Shown here in pieces: positions 19,618 to 28,387 of a stretch of 64,000 bases of DNA (its first letter is position 1; every line of letters starts with the position of its first letter). The stretch comes from Candidatus Hydrothermarchaeales archaeon (GTDB lineage: Archaea; Hydrothermarchaeota; Hydrothermarchaeia; Hydrothermarchaeales; JAZGAD01): positions 10,424-74,423 of the forward strand of contig JAZGAD010000047.1 in the NCBI GenBank assembly GCA_036444275.1. Reading direction: 5' to 3'. The notes under the pieces are model-generated. The model saw only the letters and a list, made by a program, of their open reading frames with translations. It was not told the DNA's origin and made no database searches. The position numbers and the translations under genes were made by a program.

Positions 19618-20741
19618 TTTGACCACTTTCTGCCTTTCTTCCTCTTATTTTTTCTGCCTTGCGGTCTTTCTCTGCGTATTATTCTCATTCTTTTTGGCTC
19701 GGGCAGCTTCCTCACTTCGGCCACTCTTGCAGCGAGGGCGTCCTTCAGCTCATCAGCTATATACGCTTTTGAATAGGCGTCTGCCCTTGCCGCGATCGCA
19801 ATCTTACCAGCGAAGCTCCTGGCTATCCTTCCTCTCTGCCACCATGGCGCTGTTTTAATAAGCGGGTGCTGGAAGATGGCACCATGTTTCGGCGGAGTTC
19901 CCTTCTTCCGGAGGTGTCTGAATAAGGCCTTCTCTGCTCCGATCACCTGAATCCTGCTTCCAGGCATTCTGGCCAGTTTCTCTAGGCCGCCTGCTAGAGA
20001 GATGAGTTTGGCGCCCACAAGGGCACCTGCTAAACTAGATAGATTCGGAGCAACCTCTTGCATCTTATAAGATATATAGCCATCTAGCTCCGATCTAAAT
20101 TCATAGAGCGTGCATACTTGCTCCGCAAACTTTGAGAGTATATTGCTGTCCTTTTCACCTATCTCCGCGCCTGCTGATGTAGCAGCGAGCTCCCTGAATT
20201 CCGAGCTGGCCTTGAAGCGCTCTCTGGAGCCGAATTCCCTTAGCAATCTGGCGTACTTCTCGTGGTCCTCCACCTTGTCCAGCTCTGGGAAGTGTAGGGA
20301 ATACCACTCCCTAATCCGCTCTGAAAGGATATTCAAGCTTTCATCAACATCGGCTAGAGCCTCAGCAGCCTGTATAATGAGTCCGTCCTCTCTCCCGAAG
20401 GCCTCCTTCATCTCGCTCTTAGCAGTAGAGATGGATACCTCTCTAAGGATATTTTCGTATTCCTCCCTTGATACATCGAGCTCTTTGAGGATACCATCCA
20501 ATTTGCTCACCAAGAACTCCCCAGCTGGATTTGTAACGCGAGCATCCTCGAAGATGCATTCATATCCGCTCAGCTTCTCTATAATCCTCTTTCCCTCGAG
20601 CGTTGATGCACTGTAAGTCCTTAACTTCTCCGAGATCTCTTTTGTATCTCTAGGGAATGCCTCGTAGACAAGGAGCTCGCCCTCCTTGGTAAAGGCAAAA
20701 AGTCCAAGGACGTTGCCTGCCACATATGCTTTTTTCGACAT
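19614..20741 (-). CDS. nop5: Box C/D RNP scaffold Nop5 (Nop56/58)
   Basis: REWYSLHFPEL, APNL, GAEKALF, PPKHG.IFQ. Confidence 0.96.
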   Translation of the reverse strand: MSKKAYVAGNVLGLFAFTKEGELLVYEAFPRDTKEISEKLRTYSASTLEGKRIIEKLSGYECIFEDARVTNPAGEFLVSKLDGILKELDVSREEYENILREVSISTAKSEMKEAFGREDGLIIQAAEALADVDESLNILSERIREWYSLHFPELDKVEDHEKYARLLREFGSRERFKASSEFRELAATSAGAEIGEKDSNILSKFAEQVCTLYEFRSELDGYISYKMQEVAPNLSSLAGALVGAKLISLAGGLEKLARMPGSRIQVIGAEKALFRHLRKKGTPPKHGAIFQHPLIKTAPWWQRGRIARSFAGKIAIAARADAYSKAYIADELKDALAARVAEVRKLPEPKRMRIIRRERPQGRKNKRKKGRKWSK

Positions 20742-20750
20742 AGCTTCACC

Positions 20751-21494
20751 TTAAGTGGTGCTCTTGAATAGTTGACTGCCCACCGCAGTACTGAAGATCA
20801 GGAACGCTAGCACAATAAGGAAATCCACCCATAGGGGGAACTGCGACATCCCTATCAAAGAACCTCTAAGCCCATCCACCCCGTAAGTCAAGGGGTCTGC
20901 ATAAGATAGCATCTTAAGCCATGTGGGGAGCCTATCTAGGGGGAAGAGAGCGCCAGATAGGAAGAAAACAGGCAGGACAACGAAGCTCATGATGAGTTGG
21001 AAGCCGTGTGGATCCTCCATCTTTGATGCAAAGGCGATGCCCAAGCTTATAAAGGAGGCTGATATGAGCATCATGAACACTATGGATATGAGGACGCCTT
21101 CCCAGCCCACGATTTTTACTCCCATAAGTATGGATATCATCAGTATCACTATCCCTTGAAGTGTGGATATAGTAGCTCCTCCTAGCGTCTTACCAATGAC
21201 TACTGCCGCCCTACTTACCGGTGCAACTAGGATCTCCTTGAGGAAGCCGAACTGTCTGTCCCACAGCACTGATAGTCCTGAGAACATCGCTGAGAAGATA
21301 AGGGACATGCCTATTATTCCTGGCGCCATAAAGGTTAGGTAATCGGTTGAGAGGTCCATGCGAAAAGATGATTTAAAGCCTATGCCTACGAAGGCAAGCC
21401 AGAAGAACGGGGTTGCTATACTTCCAAGCAATCTGCTCCTAGCCCTTAAGAACAGTTTCATCTCCCTCAGCCAAATTGTCGATACTGCACCCAT
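20751..21494 (-). CDS. ABC-2 type exporter permease (DrrB-like)
   Basis: DRQFGFLKEILVAPVSR, FLSGALFP, PLTYGVD. Confidence 0.92.
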   Translation of the reverse strand: MGAVSTIWLREMKLFLRARSRLLGSIATPFFWLAFVGIGFKSSFRMDLSTDYLTFMAPGIIGMSLIFSAMFSGLSVLWDRQFGFLKEILVAPVSRAAVVIGKTLGGATISTLQGIVILMISILMGVKIVGWEGVLISIVFMMLISASFISLGIAFASKMEDPHGFQLIMSFVVLPVFFLSGALFPLDRLPTWLKMLSYADPLTYGVDGLRGSLIGMSQFPLWVDFLIVLAFLIFSTAVGSQLFKSTT

Positions 21495-21498
21495 AATG

Positions 21499-22485
21499 TC
21501 ACCTGGTCCTAGCGCGTACGATGCTCCTTATCGTCTCTCTAGTGCCGCCTTCCTCTTCCCTGATAGTCTTCCCGGTGTAATGGATGAAGACATCTTCCAG
21601 CGTAGGCTTGCGCAGGCCTACAGAGCTTACTTGGATCCCCATGGTTCGCGCTGCCTCTATCACCTTCGGGATTGCGCCCTCTCCGTCCTTCACATTGAGG
21701 CTTATAACCCCGTCTACCAGCTTCATGTTAACTATCCAGTCGAGGTCCTTCAAACCTTTCATTAATTTAGCTTGATTTGAGGATACCAAGTGTACTACGT
21801 CACCAGCTAAAACATTCTTCAATTCATTAGGGGTACCTAGTGCGATTATATTCCCCTCATCGATTATGGCTATGCGCTGGCAGAGGGCATCGGCCTCATC
21901 CATGTAGTGTGTTGTCAAGATGATGCTGATCTTCTTCTCCTGGTTGAGCTTTTTGATGTATTCCCAAATGGCACGCCTGGTCTGGGGATCTAAACCTAAG
22001 GTGGGCTCGTCTAAGAAGAGGACTCTTGGAGAGTGCAATAGTCCCCTAGCTAACTCCAGCCTGCGTCTCATGCCCCCTGAATATGTCTTCACGAGATGGT
22101 CTGCCCTCTCTCTTAGCTCTACTAGGTCAAGAACTTCTTCAATATGTTTTTTCCTCTCCTCTTTCTCCATGCCATAGAGCCTACCATGGAAATCCAGGTT
22201 CTCCCTGCCGGTTAAATACTGATCTAAACTCGGATCTTGGAATACGACGCCTATGCACTTCCTGACCTCGCTGGGCTCTCTTTCAACGTCATATCCACAT
22301 ACCTGCGCCTTGCCACTAGTGGGCTTTTGCATGGTGTAAAGCATGGATATGAAGGTGGTCTTCCCAGCTCCATTTGGCCCTAATAAACCGAAGAGTTCTC
22401 CTTCAGGTATATCCAAAGTAACCTGGTTAACAGCTAGCAAACCATCGAATTCCTTGGTCAACCCTAAGGTGGATATAGCTGGCAT
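21499..22485 (-). CDS. ABC exporter ATP-binding protein (DrrA-like)
   Basis: GPNGAGKTT, YSGGM, LDEPT. Confidence 0.94.
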   Translation of the reverse strand: MPAISTLGLTKEFDGLLAVNQVTLDIPEGELFGLLGPNGAGKTTFISMLYTMQKPTSGKAQVCGYDVEREPSEVRKCIGVVFQDPSLDQYLTGRENLDFHGRLYGMEKEERKKHIEEVLDLVELRERADHLVKTYSGGMRRRLELARGLLHSPRVLFLDEPTLGLDPQTRRAIWEYIKKLNQEKKISIILTTHYMDEADALCQRIAIIDEGNIIALGTPNELKNVLAGDVVHLVSSNQAKLMKGLKDLDWIVNMKLVDGVISLNVKDGEGAIPKVIEAARTMGIQVSSVGLRKPTLEDVFIHYTGKTIREEEGGTRETIRSIVRARTR

Positions 22486-22695
22486 ATCTGAATTATAAAT
22501 GCTAGCATAGAAAAAAGTTATTGAGCCTAGCCTTCTCATCTTCTCTTAAGTAAGTATCGAAAAGAAGATAAGGTAAGAAATAAATACAAATTTAAAAATA
22601 ATAACAATAATTTTAACAAAGGGTGGCTGAAAGATGGCGAGGGAATCGCAAGAGGGGCATTATTGGGTGGTAGTACATTTACCTGAAGGTGTACT

Positions 22696-24147
22696 ATGAC
22701 AGAAGCTAGTCTCTTAATAGTAGATGATGCGGAGGGTATACGGGAAACCCTCTCGGATATATTCAAGGAGAAGGGTTACGGTACCGATGTAGCTGAGGAT
22801 GGCCGGGCAGCTATAGAGAAGGTAAAGAAGAGCTTCTTTAACGTCGTGCTCCTGGATATAAGGCTACCTGATATCTTGGGTGTAGAGGTATTGGAGAGTT
22901 TGAAGGAGATACGGCCAGATATAGAAGTGATAATGATTACAGCATATGCCTCTCTTGAGACCTCTATTGAGGCACTGAATAAGGGAGCATATGCCTATAT
23001 CATGAAGCCCCTTAACATGGGGGTGGTGATAGCTACCGTTAAGAAAGCCCTGGAGAAACAGCGCCTATCCGCAGAGAACATGTGGTTAACGGAATTCAAC
23101 GAACGCATTATAAAGAATGCACCGATTGGGATCTTAACCACCGATGAAAAGGGCGATATAACGAGTGCGAATCCAGCTATTCTTGAGATTCTGGATAGCT
23201 TGGAGACGGAAAAATTGATTGGGCTTAGCGTATTAACCCTCCCAACCAGTAGGGCAATGGGCTTAGATAAGGAACTCAAGAAAGTATTGTCTGAGGGAAA
23301 GGAGATAGAGCTAGCGGGGAAGTATGTTTCTGAATCTGGAGCAGATGTTTTTCTCCATATCAGAAGCACCCCATTGAGAAACGAAAAAAGAGACATAACA
23401 GGGCTCCTAGCGATAATCGAGGACGTAACTGAGAGAAAGAAGCTTGACAGCATGAAGGATGCGTTTATCTCCAATGTCTCGCATGAGTTGAGGACTCCCC
23501 TTACATCTATCCTCACTTCTCTGGAGCTTCTTTCAAAGGAAACTGTAGAGAAGGAGAAGCGTAAGCTCTTGGAAATCTGTGATAGGAATGCTTTGAGGCT
23601 AAATCGATTGGTGGACAATCTATTGGAAGTCAGCCGGATTGAAGTAGAGACATTAGATGTTCGGACACTCGACGTTACTCGGGTAGTGGCAGAGATAATA
23701 TCAGAGCTGCAGGATTTTGCCGTTGTGAGTAAAGTTACGCTAAAATCCCTTATCGAGGATGAGTTCCTCGTAAGGGCCGATAAAAAATCACTACGGCTTG
23801 TCTTCCTGAATCTGATCAGCAATGCCATCAAGTTTAATAAAGAAGGGGGTAAGGTAACGATATCCGGCGAGCGGGAGGATTCATTTACCAGGTTCTGCGT
23901 AGAGGATACAGGCATAGGCATTCCAAGAGGAGATTTGAAAGAAATATTCAAGAGTTTCTACCAAATCGATGCAAGCATAAGGCGCAGGTACCCTGGAGCT
24001 GGTGTTGGTCTAACTATAACGAAAAACATAGTAGACGCCCATGGAGGCAAGATATGGGCTGAGAGCAAGCCCGGTAAAGGAAGCAAGTTCTGTTTCACTC
24101 TACCCTCTGGAAGTAGAACCGGGAAGAAGATAAAAGAGGTAGGATAA
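22696..24147 (+). CDS. Cytoplasmic hybrid histidine kinase REC-PAS-HisKA-HATPase
   Basis: IVDD..LLDI REC; PAS; SHELRTPLT; NAIKF; DTGIG; GxGL. Confidence 0.93.
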   Translation: MTEASLLIVDDAEGIRETLSDIFKEKGYGTDVAEDGRAAIEKVKKSFFNVVLLDIRLPDILGVEVLESLKEIRPDIEVIMITAYASLETSIEALNKGAYAYIMKPLNMGVVIATVKKALEKQRLSAENMWLTEFNERIIKNAPIGILTTDEKGDITSANPAILEILDSLETEKLIGLSVLTLPTSRAMGLDKELKKVLSEGKEIELAGKYVSESGADVFLHIRSTPLRNEKRDITGLLAIIEDVTERKKLDSMKDAFISNVSHELRTPLTSILTSLELLSKETVEKEKRKLLEICDRNALRLNRLVDNLLEVSRIEVETLDVRTLDVTRVVAEIISELQDFAVVSKVTLKSLIEDEFLVRADKKSLRLVFLNLISNAIKFNKEGGKVTISGEREDSFTRFCVEDTGIGIPRGDLKEIFKSFYQIDASIRRRYPGAGVGLTITKNIVDAHGGKIWAESKPGKGSKFCFTLPSGSRTGKKIKEVG

Positions 24148-24283
24148 GGATAGAAAAAGATTAGATAACCCGCAGAAGACGTTTAGTAATTTACGTCTCA
24201 CAATTCAGGGGGAATAGATGCAACATCTAAGCAATGACAAGAGAGCAATTTACGAACGTATAAGACGGAAAAACGGATGAGCT

Positions 24284-24958
24284 CTATACCTCTTTCCCCT
24301 CTGCCAATTCTTCCAGCTCCAACGGGTGCTCATGTTCCATTTGTTCTTTACTCAGTGTTCCAGTTATCCATTGCTTTGCCATTGGAAATATATCTGGATT
24401 CAAAATCGCCGCGTATAAATGTACGACTATTACAACAGAAAATGCCAAGATGGCCTCCCACCCATGTATCAACCAAGCATAATTGACGAACTGTAGCGGT
24501 AGGACTTCCAAGGTCATATCGAATGTGAACCACATCATAAGTCCTGTTACAACTACTATGAGAGAACCAACAGCTCCGGCCCAGTAATCGAACTTCTGCT
24601 CCCAGGTATACCTCCCCATTTTTGGCATTTCGTCGGTCATCCGTAAATTGTATTTGATGTGGTGTATAGCGTCATCGAAATCTTTCCTTTGCGGCATTAT
24701 GTCCTTCTTTCCTCTGTCGATCATGGTGTAATATATCACATGTATAAGGCCTGTACCGATGAATACTACTGCAGCAATTTGATGATATAAACCTCTATTA
24801 GCCGGACCCCCAAGCAAGTCAACTATACTCTGTGCCCAGGATGTGTGGGCGTATTTCAATGGGAATCCCGTCAATGCCAAGATGAAAAACGATAAAGCCC
24901 AAAGGACGTGTTGTATCCTCTGAAAGACGGTAAATCTTAAGAATTCTTCTTCGGTCAT
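24284..24958 (-). CDS. Membrane cytochrome b (FdnI/Ni-hydrogenase cyt b-like, CbcL C-terminal-like)
   Basis: RF...QRIQH, 4 TM helices with His ligands, QKFDYW, IHGWEAIL, EHPLE. Confidence 0.88.
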   Translation of the reverse strand: MTEEEFLRFTVFQRIQHVLWALSFFILALTGFPLKYAHTSWAQSIVDLLGGPANRGLYHQIAAVVFIGTGLIHVIYYTMIDRGKKDIMPQRKDFDDAIHHIKYNLRMTDEMPKMGRYTWEQKFDYWAGAVGSLIVVVTGLMMWFTFDMTLEVLPLQFVNYAWLIHGWEAILAFSVVIVVHLYAAILNPDIFPMAKQWITGTLSKEQMEHEHPLELEELAEGKEV

Positions 24959-25524
24959 TTCGCACGCCCCCCTTTCCTACTCTTACCTAACCTCCGACTA
25001 AAGTCCAATATCTCAAAGACTACGAAGAATCCTAGCACCGCGGAGATAAGTGTTTTATAGAAGAAGTTTATCAGCCCATTCACGGAGATTGGGCCTAGAG
25101 AGTATATATCGCTTCCATGCATCGATCCCTTGCCGGCATTGGCCAATTTAACATCATGACAATCTTCCCTCGCGCATATATCAGGTCTATTCTTAGGATT
25201 AGTGGGTGAATTTGGATCGCTCTGCGGAAGGAAATACATCCAGTCCACCATGCCGTGGCAATCCGTACAAGTTGGGACACCCTCTTTTCCGAGGGCAGCC
25301 GCTTTACCATGAGGGGACTCTTGGTACGTCTTGTTCGCATATTCAAAGGTATATGCAAGGTTATACCTCGTCTTAGCCTCAGAAGGTAGGGGGCTCTTCC
25401 ATCCCTCACTCCTGTATTTCTCCATGTCCCTCTTCTGGACTTCCTGAGCCTCCACGACATGGCTCAGGGATATGAAGCCTAAAAGGAAGAGTATTAGAAC
25501 CCCGCCCTTTACCAACTCTCTCAT
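24955..25524 (-). CDS. Small membrane-anchored cytochrome c
   Basis: Signal peptide; YxxSPHG; CTDCH and CAREDCH; C-terminal TM. Confidence 0.82.
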   Translation of the reverse strand: MRELVKGGVLILFLLGFISLSHVVEAQEVQKRDMEKYRSEGWKSPLPSEAKTRYNLAYTFEYANKTYQESPHGKAAALGKEGVPTCTDCHGMVDWMYFLPQSDPNSPTNPKNRPDICAREDCHDVKLANAGKGSMHGSDIYSLGPISVNGLINFFYKTLISAVLGFFVVFEILDFSRRLGKSRKGGRAK

Positions 25525-25551
25525 TGGTCCTGTTCTCCTTGTAAAATTTTA

Positions 25552-27051
25552 TTATTCATGCAGACGCGGAGGTTCGAGGTATTCTTGGAGTACCCAAGGC
25601 GAAACGTGGTTGTGGCATCCGTTGCATGAGTTGGGCTGCACATTCCAGAGCAGATCGTCCAGGGTTTTTCCTGCGGACATAGCTTCTCGGGCTTTTTTCT
25701 TGAGCAGCTCTTCCACTTGGGTCGTGTTAAGGCCTTCTACATCTTTAGCCTCGAGGCCGTAGAAACCCAGGACGGTGTTATCCTTCTTCGCGGCTTTGTC
25801 AACTAGGAGTTTTATGCTGACCTCTGGTTTAATGACCTTGAACCTGTGGCTCCTAATATCTCCGGGGTTAATGTTCTTTGCAGTCGGGGGCATATGGCAG
25901 CCGACGCAGTTCCCGAAGTCGTGGATAGTATGGCTCAACCCAGCGAGGCCTGGAACCCTCCTCGGCTCACCGTGGCAGGCTTTGCACAGCGCAGTGCCTG
26001 CTAGCTTGGTCTCGAACCTGCCTTCACCTTTAGAGTGAACGGTGTGGCAGTCCCAACAGGTTATTCCTGCCTTCGCATGCTCACTTATCTGCCAATCTGG
26101 ATACTGTTGGTGGTGTGATTTGGAGTCTCCACTCGGCCAGAAGCGTTTTGGTGTATCTTTTTCGCGTGTAACAGGATCGTACAGGGGTATCAAGTTCATA
26201 CCGGGTTTGTAGCCAACGGGATATCCGTATTTCGCATCGAGGGTAGAATGACCTCGGGTGTGGCATGAGCCACAAACCATGACCCCTATATCTGTTTGTG
26301 GGATCTTTGCTGGGTTTACGATCGTATCCTTCTTGTAGGGGGTATCGGCCAATATGTGGTTGCTCCCCGGTCCGTGGCAAGCTTCACATCTGGCTCCGTT
26401 ATCTATCCAAGTTGAGGCATAGGTATCCGTGACTTCATCGTAGTTTATTTGAAAGCCTGTTGTATGGCAACCAGCGCATTTATACTGCCAGATCCTTCCC
26501 TTGCTGCTCCAATAATTTTTGGGATCATCATAATCATATTTCTCCAGCCCATGGTAGTCTTGCCACTTCTGTTCCCTAATATTCCATTGAACAGGGAGTA
26601 TATGGAATTCTCCATTGTCGAACTTCGTGAGATATCTCTGCTTCCAGGCACTACCGATGGTATAGAGCACTTCGTAGATGTGCTCTTCTCCATCAGGACC
26701 GATAGTAGTTATATAATATTTTCCGTCCTCTGTCGACATCGTGGTGTTCTTATCCTTAACGGTCAATTCGTTGTTCTTGACAAAATCGCCGAGGACGACG
26801 TTTTCGCCGATTTCCTGTATTTTATATGGATGCAGTGTCGTTTTCCAACCGGCGTAAGTTCTCTCGTGGCATTGCTTACATTGAACAGAACCGACGTAAG
26901 TAGCCCCCTCAGTGGTGGTTGGCTTTTCTTCTCCTATTCTAAATCGTTCTAAGAAGCTGAATCCAGGCGTTAAGGTTATAAATGCAATCGTTACTACTAC
27001 AAACGCGGCTACAAGCAACCGCGAGATTCTTTTTCTCTCCTCTTGCTGCAT
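25552..27051 (-). CDS. Octaheme cytochrome c, N-terminally anchored
   Basis: Eight CxxCH motifs: CKQCH, CAGCH, CEACH, CGSCH, CWDCH, CKACH, CVGCH, CNGCH. Confidence 0.92.
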   Translation of the reverse strand: MQQEERKRISRLLVAAFVVVTIAFITLTPGFSFLERFRIGEEKPTTTEGATYVGSVQCKQCHERTYAGWKTTLHPYKIQEIGENVVLGDFVKNNELTVKDKNTTMSTEDGKYYITTIGPDGEEHIYEVLYTIGSAWKQRYLTKFDNGEFHILPVQWNIREQKWQDYHGLEKYDYDDPKNYWSSKGRIWQYKCAGCHTTGFQINYDEVTDTYASTWIDNGARCEACHGPGSNHILADTPYKKDTIVNPAKIPQTDIGVMVCGSCHTRGHSTLDAKYGYPVGYKPGMNLIPLYDPVTREKDTPKRFWPSGDSKSHHQQYPDWQISEHAKAGITCWDCHTVHSKGEGRFETKLAGTALCKACHGEPRRVPGLAGLSHTIHDFGNCVGCHMPPTAKNINPGDIRSHRFKVIKPEVSIKLLVDKAAKKDNTVLGFYGLEAKDVEGLNTTQVEELLKKKAREAMSAGKTLDDLLWNVQPNSCNGCHNHVSPWVLQEYLEPPRLHE

Positions 27052-27307
27052 GGATTCCGCTCCATTTCGAGATTTTAAAAAATCTATTTTAGTTTTTGCT
27101 CTTCCTCTTATATATATTTATATTAAGTCGGCATGGGTATTGCGCTGAATCGTCGTTTAGAATTATTTGGTCCCCCTCTCTTTAGGTTGGCAATTCATCT
27201 CTAAAAAAACAGAATAGGTCAAGATAAAAAAAAGAACCAGTAAAAGCAACCCTAGATTGGAAGGGTATGACAACTCGTATCGAATAAAAACTCAAAGAAG
27301 TAAGGCA

Positions 27308-28096
27308 TCAGTCCTTTTTCTTACTCTTATAGGCTTCAAAGACTTCCAAGAACGGTTTAAATAGGTCTATCGGCACCGGGAATATGACGTTTGAGCCCCG
27401 TTCTCCTGAGATCTCGACTAGGGATTGCAGATATCTCAATTGGAGTGCCATTGGATGGGGTCCAATAATCTCTGCTGCTTCCGCGAGTTTTTCTGCTGCT
27501 TGGAATTCTCCCAAGGCGTTGATCACCTTTGCCCTTCTCTCCCTCTCTGCCTCGGCTTGCCTCGCCATAGCCCTCTTCATGACTTCTGGAAGCTCGACAT
27601 CCTTGACCTCAACACATGATACCTTCACTCCCCAGGGTTCTGTATGTGAATCTATAATCCTTTGAAGAGTATAATTGATCTTATCCCTCTCTGCGAGCAG
27701 TTCGTCCAGCTCATGTTGCCCAATAACACCCCGTAAGGTTGTCTGAGATATCAGCGTGGTAGATGCCACGTAGTCCGCCACCTCTACTGTGGATTTCACT
27801 GCATCCATTACGTTGAAGTATATAACGGCATCGACTTTGGTCGTCACATTGTCCTTGGTGATAACGTCTTGGGCCGAGACATTTTCTGTAACTACCCTCA
27901 GATCTACCCTGAAGATCTTATCCACAAAGGGTATTATAAAGACTAAGCCCGGTCCTCTTGCATCTTGCAACCTCCCCATCCTGAAGAGAACCCCTCGCTC
28001 GTACTCTTTAAATACCCATATCGACATCTTGAGAAGTACCGAGACTACCAAAACTACGAGTATAGTAATTATAGTAATATACGTCCCTACAGGCAT
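27308..28096 (-). CDS. SPFH/band-7 (slipin/stomatin) protein
   Basis: EYERGVLFR.G, QDVITKDNV, MARQAEAERERRA. Confidence 0.95.
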   Translation of the reverse strand: MPVGTYITIITILVVLVVSVLLKMSIWVFKEYERGVLFRMGRLQDARGPGLVFIIPFVDKIFRVDLRVVTENVSAQDVITKDNVTTKVDAVIYFNVMDAVKSTVEVADYVASTTLISQTTLRGVIGQHELDELLAERDKINYTLQRIIDSHTEPWGVKVSCVEVKDVELPEVMKRAMARQAEAERERRAKVINALGEFQAAEKLAEAAEIIGPHPMALQLRYLQSLVEISGERGSNVIFPVPIDLFKPFLEVFEAYKSKKKD

Positions 28097-28387
28097 TAAT
28101 TTTCACCCTACAAAAAATTGTCAGTACTCCTATATATTATTTGTCCTACCTACTGCCTAGCTAGGGCAATTCGTTCTCTACCGTGCCTCAGATTGCAGAA
28201 ATCATTTTATAGATTGAACTTCAAATATTATACACATATATCCTACCAATGGAGAGATAAAAAGATTGGAGGAGAGATCAAGGATCACATAGCCTTTATC
28301 TGCAGGAAAAAATGTATGGTGTGGGGGGTCCAAAATAAGAGGAATTGGTATGGTAAACACCTTACCTCAAGTTCATAGGCGTAATAG

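Noticed and set aside
22634-22699. 21-aa uORF (MARESQEGHYWVVVHLPEGVL) overlapping the kinase start
   Set aside because: Too short to distinguish from chance without conservation data.
24170-24282. Small inverted repeats and a 20-aa ORF between the kinase and cytochrome b genes
   Set aside because: The 6-bp stems are compatible with chance or an ordinary terminator region.
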